A stretch of 64,000 nt of DNA, from the NCBI GenBank assembly GCA_052327205.1, contig CM126202.1, positions 83,886,001-83,950,000 of the forward strand, written 5' to 3'. Of the stretch, positions 11,931-24,042 are shown one piece after another. The translations under genes were made by a program, and so were the position numbers. Origin of the DNA: Somniosus microcephalus (Eukaryota). The notes under the pieces were generated by a model. That model was not told where the DNA came from and did no database searches. It saw nothing but the letters and a program-made list of their open reading frames with translations. Every line of letters starts with the position of its first letter. Within the stretch, counting starts at the first letter, position 1.

Positions 11931-12000
11931 TGGGGTTCCAGTGTGTATCTTTGTTACAAGAAGTCTGTTCCTGCTTCTAATTCAATTGCATATAAAGCTG
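11931..12000 (+). CDS. DENND4C: DENND4C exon [23 protein letters not shown](G), end of MABP domain
   Basis: ttatttacag|TGG...GCTG|gtatgt; 70 nt, phase 0-1; not in ORF track. Confidence 0.93.
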
Positions 12001-13070
12001 GTATGTAACCCAACTAATACATTTTAAAAGCTTTCAGGAAAAGTAATTGCGAACACCTTTCATACCTCCTAATTGCGAGGGAGTGAACTTCAAAATAAAA
12101 TCTTACACACCATCCTTTGTTGAGCTACTGCTTTACCACCTCAATTAGGTGAGAGCCTGGAGCTAAAGCCACTGGTAGAAGTCACAGAAGAACCAAAGTC
12201 CCAACCGATAACTTTATTCATTCTTTTGCTGCCCACCTCTTTCCCATCAGATGAACATATCAGTTTTTTCTGTGATTTCCCAACTCTGATTAAGTTTCTT
12301 GTATCTAAATATGTAGCTTTCACACAAATGAAATTATCCCAGATAGTGCATTTTTCAGTCAAGTTCCAGTGTGTATCTTTTACAATGCCAAAATGCACAA
12401 GAGTTATGATCACAAGCTCTAAATTGCTTTAAATGACCAGAAGTGAGAGGTGGACTGGACAAGATTAGCGTCTCTCTGTGAACAGGACAGGTCTTTTCAA
12501 GGAACAGCTTGCCTGATACCGGAATAAATGTTCTTGTGGAGTGATCAATTTCTAAGTAAAATAAAAGGCGGTGCCCAAATGTAGGTTTAAATTGGAGGAA
12601 AAATACAAACCAAGCTCTCCAAGTTTCTTCAACATGGTTAGCAAGTAAAGCTTGAATAATTTGATAGTTTACAATAATCCAAATAATATTTCTCAGCCTG
12701 TGCTTCATCAGGCTAATAATGACCACATTAATTAAATTATTTATTTCTATTTCTAATTTTAACACTGTGTCGTGTTAGTAATGAGGATCTGGGAGATAAT
12801 TCATTATTAGAAGGCCCCTCTGAGCTGAAAATTTGTGTATATTCACTATTTAGGTCTTAATGTCTCTGGAAAATGGAAAGCTGCTTCTGTAGGTGTGTTT
12901 GACTTGGCAGGTCTCCTATTTTCTCATTTATCTCCCCCCACTGCCCCCGATCCCCTGCTAATATAGTGGTACCACAAAATGTTCACCGGTGGCATTGTCA
13001 TGAGTGTTACTGAAACTGTTAGTCTGAGTATAGTAGATGGAAGAATTCAGAAGTACTGTTTGGAGTTACT

Positions 13071-13657
13071 GGGGTAGTGTTTCCACTTTGGGTGCAAATT
13101 GTGCCCAAAATTGAACCCGTTTGGCGAAGTGTTTGGTTTCCCCCCCGCCCCCCCCGAGAGATTCCGCTCAAACTCATTTGCATTTCACCGAACATGCAAT
13201 CTGCCATGAGCCAGCGCAATCTGGCAACACATTAAAATGTCATTTTTTTAAAATGCGCTTTAAAAAAAAATAAAAAAAATAATTCCTTGATATATTTGAG
13301 TGGTAACCACTAACAGCTTGATTAATACAGCTGAAAATGGGTTTATCACACAAAAGCATTTTTAATGTGTTTAGTGCCCTTGCGTCCAAAAGAACCAGTT
13401 TAATTTTTAGAGCCGCCTCAAAGGTCTACAAATGAGCTGAATTCGTGGAAATGCCCAATGGTGATTAATACATCCTGGGAGGGTGACCAGTTTTATGGGT
13501 AGGGTGTCTTTTAAACTCGCGTACAAGATTTGGACTAAATGTAATTTGCGCTTAAAATTCCGCGATCTTTTGTGCTGGTTATGCCAATTTCGGGCGAATT
13601 GTGTCTGGAGGGGGGGAGGGGAGATAACCCAGTGCAATTGAGCGGAAACACTAGCCC
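13071..13657. mobile_element. PIF/Harbinger-like MITE
   Basis: 17-bp TIR GGG(G/C)TAGTGTTTCC(A/G)CT; 3-bp TSD ACT on both sides. Confidence 0.8.
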
Positions 13658-14388
13658 ACTGTTCATTTTTAAAAAACGTTCCTACAAAATATTTTGCTAA
13701 AAGGCTTCATGAGCTGTGTTTCTAACTGACTGAAAATGGTCAAAATGCTGCTAATAACCAGCTTACGGCTTTAATTGTATGACTGGTAACAAAGCTAGTA
13801 AAATATAACTCTGAGCCTATATGTTACTATGCATAAGTCGATCTATGTAGTACTCTACTGTTAATACTTTTTAAATGTATTTCAGAATGTGTTGCATTGG
13901 GCATTACAATTCAGTCACTTGAGATTGAATTGTTAAATATTGTCAGTATCTGGTTGTTTGCCATGCATCTTTTCTCGTGAATCGTTCCCACAAATTAATT
14001 TGTGCACTGTGTTTGGATACTTGAACCTGGTTGCTTTTTACACCATTAACATTAAGTGTCTGGAATTGATCAGATCTATTGACTCTGGCAGAATTTTACA
14101 GAGAATATTTCTGTAGCCAAATAGTTTATTAAGGCTGAAAAACTGGAATCAAGAGCAATTAATACAAATACTTCCTGCCCCCTTTCCACTACTATTGAAT
14201 ATTGTGGCACATCTGGAGAAGTTATTGAAGCTTTGTTTGGCTATATTGTGGATTAGCAAATCTGCAGTATTTACAGTACTCAAGTCTTGCTGGTTGGCAG
14301 AATAAATGTGATGAAAGATTTAAAAACTGCATTTTACTTGGTTATATTTTCACAAATTTGCATTCCATTCTATCCCTCTTTTTTTCAG

Positions 14389-14558
14389 GATTAATATGCA
14401 GATATCCTGAAGATGATTATGAATTATTCCCACTGTCTGAATCAGTTCCCCTCTTCTGCCTTCCCATGGGAGCTACTATTGAATGCTGGGCTCCCCAAAC
14501 CAAATATCCACTGCCAGTTTTCTCTACTTTTGTGCTGACTGCCTCATCAGCAGAGAAG
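14389..14558 (+). CDS. DENND4C: DENND4C exon (G)LICRYPEDD...SSAEK, uDENN
   Basis: tttttcag|GA...GAAG|gtaagc; 170 nt; matches ORF 14358..14600. Confidence 0.96.
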
Positions 14559-14674
14559 GTAAGCTTGGAGGGAAAAAAAATCTTGTATAGTATCTCTTGA
14601 ACATTAATAGTAAACTGAGACAAATAATTAGTTTTACACTTAATTGGAAAGTTTTTGAACTTTAGTTATAGGCC

Positions 14675-15000
14675 TACGTGAGGTGCTGTCTTTCAAATGA
14701 GACGTTAAACCGAGGTCCTGTTTTCACTTTCTAGCAGCTGAGAGAGATTGCATATCATTATTTTGAAGGAGAACACGGCAGTTCCCTCTCTGTCCTGGCA
14801 ATCATTTATCCCTCAACCAACACCACTAGAACAGTTAAATTGTCATTTATCTCATTACTGTTTGTGAGACCTTGCTGTGTGCAAACTGGCTGCCGTGATT
14901 CCCTACTTTACAACAGTGACTGCACTTCATGAAGTACTTTATTGACTGTGAAGTGCTTTGGATGTCCGGAGGTTGTGGAAGGTGCTATATAAATGCAATT
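14675..15000 (+). mobile_element. SacSINE1/DeuSINE-type SINE, 5' truncated
   Basis: ATGAGACGTTAAACCGAGG, TTTATCCCTCAACCAAC and GGTGCTATATAAATGCAA tail. Confidence 0.8.
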
Positions 15001-15144
15001 TTTTTTTTAAACCTTCTAACTTAAGCTATACGTACTTAGCTCCACTTATTTGCTATATTCTCAAGTTAAAGCATGCTTGCAGATGTAAACTGCAGTTCTG
15101 CAGTGCACAGCAGGGAACTGAGTAAGTATGTATTCTGAGTTTGT

Positions 15145-15480
15145 AACATTAGAAGATGTGGATTTGCAGTTGATACAAACCAGTGACAGTATCCAGATTT
15201 AAGTGACATTATGGTTTAGAATTTAGTTTGAAATACAGTGCAAGTTTCTGGAATGGGTGTCATAATGTCCCTTATGACTAATCCAGAAAGGCAAAGTCTT
15301 AAAATTGTGCTGCATTTTAGTAAATGGAGCACAATGACCAGTAATTTTAGCAACCACGGTAAACATGACATCTCCACTCGGCAAGGGCAATAGTTCAACG
15401 CTTGTGTATTAGATTAATATTTATATGATTAAATCTGGACACTTTTTTTTGTCAACTGCAAATCCACATTTTATAATGTT
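15145..15480. mobile_element. Old long-TIR MITE-like inverted repeat
   Basis: About 55-bp imperfect inverted arms with an exact 18-bp core ATGTGGATTTGCAGTTGA. Confidence 0.6.
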
Positions 15481-15633
15481 GGATGTATAGGATATATTAG
15501 TGCAACGGTTCAATCCTTGACCAAGTCCTGTTGAAGAGCATTCCTGATTGGAGTGATCTGTATGACCTAGTATTTTCTTTGTATTTTGAGGAACTAATTA
15601 TACATGCTTTTGTACTATGATCTAACAAAACAG

Positions 15634-15875
15634 GTATATGGTGCTGCTATCCAATTTTATGAGTCTTACCCAACGGAACTACTTACTGAGAAACAGCTAA
15701 TGCAACTGGGCCTCATCACTGCTGTGGACAAGAAACTAATCACATCCAAGTCTGTGCACACCAATAAATGCATCTGTCTTCTCTCACGCTGGCCCTTTTT
15801 TGAGGCATTCCGCAAATTCTTGATGTTTTTGTACAAGCTTTCTGTCTCTGGACCTCATCCTTTGCCCATTGAAAA
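15634..15875 (+). CDS. DENND4C: DENND4C exon VYGAAIQFY...PHPLPIE(K), uDENN
   Basis: aaacag|GTA...GAAAA|gtatgt; 242 nt. Confidence 0.96.
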
Positions 15876-16689
15876 GTATGTATACTTTCTAATATGGATC
15901 TGCTTTACTAAGTCCGAAGTGTTTGAAAAAGTAAAAATAAACTGTTAACTTTACTGATGTGGTCAGGTTTCCATTATGGGTATTAATGATGCAGAAATTA
16001 AACGAGCCCAATTAAACGGATCCCAGATGGTGAATGCTGATGGCAGCATAAAGCAGAATCATACCCAACTTTGTCTTAACCAGAAGACCACACAGGCACA
16101 CTTTTTCCAGCAGGGGCTCTGAATAGTGATTCGGCTTGGGTGACTTTGTGTGCTTCACCCGCCATCCTTCCCTATCTTTTTGGATTCCAAGTTGCTGGAT
16201 AGTTTAATTATACAGCCAAGCTACTACTTGCTTGATTCCAGATGCTGTTTTGTTGTGTGTGTGCACAACTAGCTTATTGCTTCAAATTACTTTATAATGT
16301 TTGAACCAAATAGCTGATTTAACTTGTACTGATTCAAAAACTAGTTTTGTTGTGTTCTAGCATTTTTTCTAAAAAAAATTATAACCTGAATATGGTTTTA
16401 TTTTTTAAACGAACTGTTTTTGTAAATATTTTTAGACTTTAAGCACCATGGAATCTAGGAAAGGTATGGATAAATACTAACTGTGGCCGAGTCTCCAGGA
16501 AAGGCTTACATTGCAGATTCAGCTGATGATTGTAGATTGAGTGGCAGAAATATTTCAAAGCCACATAGTCAGTTTTGAAATCTGTTCTTTTCAAGGAGTT
16601 GGAGTTATGTTTTGATGAGTAATGGGCAGTAAGTTGTAACATCCATTCTAGCAACAGTGCTCCAAGAGTGTTTTTCAACCAGTCTCAAA

Positions 16690-16880
16690 TTTATTGCCCA
16701 TCCCCAGTTGTTGATGCAGTCCTTGTGGTGATGGTGCTTCCACAATGGTGTTAGGTAGGGAGTTTCCATGATTTTGATAGTGCTGAAGGAATGACAGTAC
16801 CTGTCTGAATCAGGGTGGTGTGCTATTTTGGATGGTAACTTGCAGGTGATGATCCCACAATGTTGCTGGTCCTATCCTTT
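16690..16880 (-). mobile_element. Degraded 3' end of CR1-Zenon-like LINE
   Basis: Similar to 41925-42284 and 47045-47958 (TTTATTGCCCATCCC...GTTAGGTAGGGAGTTTCC). Confidence 0.6.
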
Positions 16881-17370
16881 TGAAACAGCACAACTTAAAA
16901 ATGTGAATCACAAGACTATTGGATGAAAATCTTTAGTAGATCTTCATGATTTATGTGGCGGTGTGAACTTCCAGTTAACTTGCAGAGTTCTGATCTTTTG
17001 CCAAAACACAAAATTAAAGGAAATTCTACAGTTTTGTGTCGGAAGACAATTCTGTCAATCATTCTTCGTCTTGGTTCGTAGGGACTATTCCTTAAAATGT
17101 TGATCATCAATTTGTCATCCTTCATGTTTCGGGAACCCGTAAAGACATTGATAATGTACAATTACAGTTTACAGACAGAATGCATTTGTATTACTATTTT
17201 ACAGATCAGTCAACCTAACCTTGTTCCTGTAGATGATCCTGTAAAAGAAAATAGTAAATGCTGGAAATTCAAATTAATCTCTTAAAATACTCCTGTGCAG
17301 CGCCTTGGGACATTTTACTACGTTAAAGGCGCTATATAAATAGTTGTTGTAAAGTCTTGGGGATTCTTTA

Positions 17371-18034
17371 ATAACAGAAAATGCTGGAAAAACTCAGCAG
17401 GTCAGGCAGCATCTGTGGAGAGAGAAACAGTTAACATTTCAGGTCGAAGATCTTGCGTCAGAACTGGAAAAAAGCAGGAAATGGAGCCGATTTAAAAGCA
17501 AGTTTAGGGGCTGGGAAATGGGGGAGGGGATGAAAGAACAAAAGGGAAGGTCTGTGATGGGATGGAAGGCAGGAGAAGTAGAGGCATTAAGAGATATTCA
17601 AGGCAAGAGGAGATGGTAATAGGACAGGTTAAGAAACAAAGGATGGCTCTAGATGAGTGAATTGCGCTGGCAGAATGAAAGACAGCTGCCATGTGGGAGG
17701 GGGAAAAAAAGCACAAACGAAGTGTGGATAAAAAATATAAATATGATTGGGGCCGAGGTTATGATCTGAAATTGTTGAACTCCATGTTGAGTCCAGAGGG
17801 CTGTAAAGTGCCTAATCGAAAGATGAGGTGCTGTTCCTCAAACTTACACTGAGTTTCCGTGGAATAATGCAAGAGGCCGAGGACGGTGAGGTCTGAGTGG
17901 GAATGGAGCGGTGAATTAAAGTGACAGGTGACCGGAAGCTCAGGGTCCCCCTTACGGACTGAACGGAGGTGTTCCGCAAAGCGGTCGCCCGATCTGCATT
18001 TGGTCTCCCCAATATAGAGGAGACCACATCTACA
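17371..18034 (-). mobile_element. 5'-truncated Penelope-like retroelement (GIY-YIG endonuclease region plus 3' tail)
   Basis: ORF 17759..18061: CGLLYIGET...RFAEHLRSV...HFNS...EEQHLIFRLGTLQPSGLN; 16-bp TSD TCTTGGGGATTCTTTA at 17355-17370 and 18035-18050. Confidence 0.9.
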
Positions 18035-20496
18035 TCTTGGGGATTCTTTATTTGGTGGCACAGGTTAAAACTGTCACTGGGGTTTAGGCAGGCCAGGTCA
18101 GCTCCCAAATGAAACATTTGGTCTATCTTTTCTCTATCAGATGCTGAAGGCCCTGCTTGTGCATTTCCAACATTTCCTTTTTTTTTTTAAGTAGTATTGA
18201 AATTTGGTAATTTTGTTGACTTGAATTTACTTGAGCTTTTTAGGATGCTATTTTTGGTTGTGAATTCAGTTGTTAGTTCCAGTTACAAATAGCAATCACA
18301 TTAATATTCTGACCTGTAATGGATTCCTGGATATGAACTAGTTTTATTGAACGTGAGTTTCTCATCCTGGCCATAGTGTTGCAGTACACTGATTTTGCTG
18401 GTCAAATCTCAATCTGTTTAATTTATCACATAATCAGAGCAATTGGTGCAGAAAAATGAACATTGCAGTTTTTGGTAAAAAAAAATTGTTGATTATTTTT
18501 GTGTCCAATACCACAGTAAACTGATACAGTAAATCAATAAATGGAGCAATCTGTATAGTTCTTGTTTTAACTTGGGCGGCATCACATCAAAAGTTTTTCT
18601 TTAAATTATGATTGCCTCAAATAATGACTGACCATTAACAGTTGAATTAACCATGCGGATCAACTTAAGTATTCATTGGACAAATGGGAAAACCTACAAA
18701 TTACATAGCTCAGTTACTTTTATAGCCACTGATTGATTTATGTATAAGTAAATTTATAACGTGAACTGAAATCATTGAGAAATTGCTAAACCTAGCCATA
18801 ATCTATGTATCTTTTGAATAGAATTTTGTGCAGGTCTATCCCTTTTTCTGAGCCCTAGTGTTTGCAGTATTTACCTCTGCTTTCCTCCTGATACCCAAGC
18901 TCTGCATGCTCCACCTCCGTTAGCAGCCTGTGACAATTATAAAGTTGCCATTTTTACACTGGTCACAATCTTAATCTGGTAAAATATTATACTCATCTGC
19001 AATCAAGTCAGGAATTTGTGCAAGTTGAACTCTCTTCCTTTTCCACTGGAGATATTTCAGAAATAGGTTGCATGAATTTCTGCCTCCTTCATAATTAAGG
19101 CAATTAGAATGAAAGCAATCTACCTGGTGGTGATGCATGCAGGTTAGACTGTATCCTACCGGTACAATTATAAGCCACTATAATACAACCAAAACTACAG
19201 TCCTGCAATTAGTAAGCGCCAACACCCCACTTAAGTAATAACAGTACAGCCAAAGTTGGATCCCCAAGTTCTGGTTTGTATTCAGTCCCTATCTCAGCCC
19301 CAGACTCCAAACCCTTACTGTCTCCCAACCAGCCCTTGGCCCTGATCCTGCCCTCATGCAGGTGTAACAAGATGACCCCTCCCCCACCCCACCAGATTAT
19401 TTCAGTGGAGCCCAATTAAATGAATAAATGAAAATAAAATGTTCAAGAAAATCTCTGCACAAATCCCTTTTCTATCTTTTCCAATGATGGCTGTCCCTGT
19501 TAAATTAACTGATAAAGGAATAAAATATTTAAATGAGTTCCAAAAGTCATTTATGCATTATACTGCCTCGCAAAAAGCCAACCGGTGAAGGCCTTTTTGC
19601 CAATCTGTGTATTAACCAGCTCTTTTTTCACACCTAGACAAAGTGTTTGTAAATCGCCTAGTAACCAGTTCAGTCTGAGTATTTTTCACTTCATGTGCTA
19701 GTCTTAGCACTTTCGACAATAAGTGGGATAAGTGCTTTTCAGGGGTGAAAACTGCCTCATCAGGCATCTAATGCTCAAGCTTTGTGATTCTTTTCACTGT
19801 TAAATATTATACGGTATTGCTAGATGTGAATAATCTGTTTTTAAAAGTCCTTTTTAAAGATTTGTTGTGTTTTACTGAAAAGCATATATTGTAATGAAGC
19901 AAATGACAAAACACTTTGTTACCACAGCAACGGCATGACTGTACGGTACTGTACAATTCAGTTTGCATTCAATTGTTGGCTTCTTGCCAAACTTGTTACA
20001 ACAGATAATAGAATGATTTAATAAAATTACTTGTCAAAATCACTTCATTTTAACAGTTTTGCACTGTCGCCATAAAAGCTCCAAGTCTCTGGCAGATAAA
20101 CGGAAAAGTGGAGGGTGAAAAACATACCTGGGTGGGGGGTGGAAATTGAGTTGCAGAGTACCAGTTAAACAGAAGGAAAACCAGAAGGAACAGTAGTCTG
20201 TGAGGTGTAGGAAGAATGAGGAAATATACCTTGGAGGTAGAGACTGATTAATCCTGTACATGGTGGGCGAGAGTGAGAAATGGAGCTGTTGGCAAACCCA
20301 GTGATGGACAGAACTGTATGAAAGGTCAAATGAGACAGGGAAACCGATTTACAATGAGCCCAGCAAAGATGAAGTTATAGAAAGACACACCTATTTTTAA
20401 ACTAACTTGTACTTGAGCATAGTCATGGGCAATGTGGTTGGGTGAGTTACAAGGCTTAGAGTTGAGATTGCAGTGGTTTCTGGGCATCTCTTAATA

Positions 20497-21003
20497 TAAC
20501 AACATCTTTCATTTATATAGCACCTTTAACATAGAAAAACACCCCAAGGCACTTTTGAGGCATTATCAGGCAAAAATAGATGCCGACCCGAAGAAAGGTA
20601 ACCAATGCGTTGAATTTTAAGAAGGGTCTTAAAGGAAGAGAAGATGATGGCGAGGTTTGCGGAGGAGTTTAGGGAGGGAATTCCAGATCGTGGGGGCTAG
20701 GCAGCTGAAGACATGACCACCAGTTATGAGTTGAAGGGTCGGATGCACAAGAGGTCGGAGTTGGAAAAATGGAGAGTTTTGTCGTGGTGTCGAGTAGGAG
20801 GATGTTAGTTGGGGAGGAGCAAGACCAAGAAGAAATTTAAACACCAGGATGAGGATTTTAAATTTGAGTTGTTGGAGGACTGGGATCCAATGAAGGTCAT
20901 CAAGGACAGGCGTGATGGTTGAGTGGGACTTGATGTGGGATAGGATAATGGGACCAGAGTTTCAGATGAGTTTAAGTTTAGAGAATGGGAGACTGGCCGG
21001 GGG
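20497..21003 (-). mobile_element. L2-type LINE 3' fragment
   Basis: Reverse L2 tail (ATTTATATAGCACCTTTAAC); GGHVFSCLAPTIWNSLPK motif. Confidence 0.75.
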
Positions 21004-21099
21004 TTATTAATTTATCTATTGACTCTACTGACTGGACATTTCTAAATATTTACTGGATGTAGTAGTAGATTTGAGGTCATTTTACCATTCTAAAAAGTT

Positions 21100-21433
21100 T
21101 TGTTTTGTGCTGCTCAAGATAAGATAATACTAGGAAGTGGGACACTTTCCAGATCAGGGACTTTGGGAGCATCAAGTGCTCGCCTGTCAGGCATAGCATA
21201 GTTAAATCTAGAGTAAAGCTCGCTTTACTTGGCTTCAACATGTGCCTCAGAAGAGCGCCCACTATTGCACCAATATGCCATATTTTTCTTTTCCCACACC
21301 ATCCCTCCTGTGGCCAATTAGTGATGAATTATGAATAAATTTGTGCTGGATTGAGAATGATTTCATACAGTAGTTTTGACGTCAGCACACTGTTGATCCC
21401 ATCAGCCTGGGCAAGATTTGAACCTAGGACTCC
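21100..21433 (-). mobile_element. LF-SINE-like ancient SINE (related fragments at about 23355-23500 and 27620-27740)
   Basis: Minus strand has GGTTCAAATC..CCCAGG, TGTATGAAAT, TCTCAATCCAG, CACTAATTGGC and TGAGGCACAT in LF-SINE order, as I recall the consensus. Confidence 0.5.
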
Positions 21434-21740
21434 AGAACAAGGGGTCATAGTCTAAAGATAAGGGGTAAGCTATTTAGGACTGAAATGAGGAGGAATTTCT
21501 TCACCCAGAGAGTGGTGAACCTGTGAAATTCTCTGCCACAGAGGGTGGTGGAGGCCAGTTCATTAAATATATTCAAGAAGGAGTTGGATATATTTCTTAA
21601 GGCTAAAGGGATCAAGGGATATGGGGAGAAGGCAGGGACAGGGTACTGAATTTGGATGATCAGCCATGATCTCATTGAATGGCGGAGCAGGCTCGAAGGG
21701 CCGAATGGCCTACTCCTGCTCCTATCTTCTATGTTTCTAT
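21434..21740 (+). mobile_element. Young CR1 3' end
   Basis: SRTRGHSLKIRG..FRTEMRRNFFTQRVVNL coding tail; (TCTATGTT)-type terminus; GACTCC on both flanks. Confidence 0.9.
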
Positions 21741-22306
21741 GACTCCTGATAGACCAGTAGCAAACAAGCTGAACTATAGTGCCTGTAATTTTTACCATTT
21801 AAATTGCCACAACTATCATTTTATGGCAGTTATAAGTTTCATGGCCATTACATTGGCTGTTATGTTAAGTCAATTATGTTGGACATTTCACAGGAGAGTA
21901 AAGGAGGAATTATTTTCATTTTAAAGCAAAATTTAAAAGATTAGAGAGCCTCGTATATTCTGTAAATGCAATGCAAGCTGTCACTTTTTGACCATTTAAA
22001 AAAAACTACAGGCGAGTTTCTAATAACAATAGGTTTATGTATTTGTTTACCATACCTTGTAACTTTGCTTACCCTAATCTCTACCCATATTTTTTTCTTT
22101 GATGAGTTCTTTAAATTTAGGTGACATTCACATGCAACAGAACAGTCAGTATCAGAATTGGGTCACAAGTAGCGTACCCTGTACTAATATTGAAACTGCC
22201 TGGAGACATTTGCTGTGATAGTACGGTTTTCTGTTTGTTGCATACTAATTATCACTTTTGTTTTGCCATTTATCATTTTTTGAGACTTTTCTTATATTGT
22301 TTATAG

Positions 22307-22373
22307 GCATATATCCCACTTCATGCATAATGTTCCCTTCCCATCAGCCCAGAGGCCAAGAATCTTGGTTCAG
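22307..22373 (+). CDS. DENND4C: DENND4C exon (K)[22 protein letters not shown]
   Basis: tttatag|G CAT...CAG|gtaatg; 67 nt. Confidence 0.95.
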
Positions 22374-22503
22374 GTAATGTGTATGCACATTGCTAGTAGT
22401 ACAAAATTAGCTGTGGAGAGTTGAACTTGATTTTTTTTAAAACAAGAATATTGTTACTTTGACTTTAGTTCAAATTGATACTTAACAGTTGCTTGTTTTG
22501 TAG

Positions 22504-22562
22504 CTGTCTGCACTTGATGCATTGATCCTGTCTCAACCGGTTTCAACACCATTGCCTTTAAG
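22504..22562 (+). CDS. DENND4C: DENND4C exon LSALDALILSQPVSTPLPL(R)
   Basis: ttttgtag|CTG...TTAAG|gtaagc; 59 nt. Confidence 0.95.
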
Positions 22563-23587
22563 GTAAGCTGGAATAAGGAAAAACTATGGTCGCAATCATT
22601 GATTCCACCCCCCCCCCCCCCCCCAAAACTTGTGCAACCTAATGAAGGTTTCCTTGTTTTTGTTTTGTTTTATTTCTCTGCTTTACCACTCTTCTGTTTT
22701 CCTCACCTGTTTTCCCTTACTCTCATGTCTGCATCCATCTTTGACTTTGTTTTCGATTAATTTCTCAATGCTTTGCACAATTATTTAGTGTTTAATTTCC
22801 ATTTGAAAATCTTTACAGAAAAAGTAAAAATATTTGCAAATCCATAAACCTTACTAATTTTATGTAACCTGATTAGCCTCAAACTTGTTGAGCAAGTATG
22901 GTAATCATGTGAAATATCATGACCTATACTAGTACCCACAGAAGGTCAGTGCTGTTTGAATAGCTACTGCCATTCTTCTCTCCCCTTTCCCATGATCTAA
23001 TGCTGAGGGTGCTGTCTCTCACTAAGGAATGGTTTTATGAGTACCTGAAGCCCTCCAATATCTTGCCCAATGCCATAATTCATGAATGAGTCTAGGCATT
23101 GAGTAGTCCAAGTGCACCTGATCCTGTCTTCGCCCAGCCCCCTTGCAATCATACTTTGTAGCAGGAGATCCTTGATGGTGATCAGGAGCATCTTTCTTCT
23201 TTCTCGTCCCCCACCCTTTCCCTAGCATAGGAACACTGGGGTCAACTGTAGCAGTCCTGCTGACATCAGCTAATTCTGCATAAAATCTAGAAAGTTTGGG
23301 TTTTTTGTGTGTTCATCTATGTGCAAGATGTCATGCTGATGGAGTATTTTCTCCACTTTGGGTACCCAGTATTAGGCACTTCCAGGTAAGGTATAGCAGA
23401 GTAAATGCTCTCCAGTCTGCCCTGACCCCATGCTCAAATCACCTCCTATCACACTTAACTTCCCACACCAGCAATTGTGGATTCTGGTGCAGTAAAATAT
23501 GTGCTTGTGTATTATTAGTGAAATGGTTATTGGGCCAAATTTATATATTTTTCAGATTTCAGTTTAACCAGACAGTTAAATTTAACT

Positions 23588-23883
23588 CTCTCTCACCTGG
23601 CAGCTATCTTTTGCCCTGCCAGTACACTTTACACCTAATCTCAACCTATTACCATCTCGTCTAGCTTCTAATCTCTTTTACTTCTTTTGTTTCTTTTATT
23701 CTTTTGTCCGATCGCAGCCCTGCCTTCGATCCAGTTTCTTTTCTTTCCAGTTTTGAAGAAGGGTTCGACCCGAAACGTCAACTCAAATTTCTCTCCACGG
23801 ATGTTGCCTGACCTGAGTTTTTCCAGCATTTTCTGTTGTTATTTTGGATTTCCAACATCTGCAGTATTTTGCTATCATAATCG
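23588..23883 (+). mobile_element. Penelope-derived short insertion
   Basis: 14-bp palindromic TSD AGTTAAATTTAACT at 23574-23587 and 23884-23897; Penelope tail with hammerhead-like core. Confidence 0.8.
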
Positions 23884-24042
23884 AGTTAAATTTAACTGTT
23901 CGTCCATGTGTTGGGCCATTTTTAATTGGCCCTTGTTTAGCATAGGAAATATTGCTAACTGCACATTTGTATTTATAGTTTGATGTTCCTTTGGATGTAT
24001 TAATGGTTGAATGCTGCATAAGAGTTTGTTGAACTTGGAATA

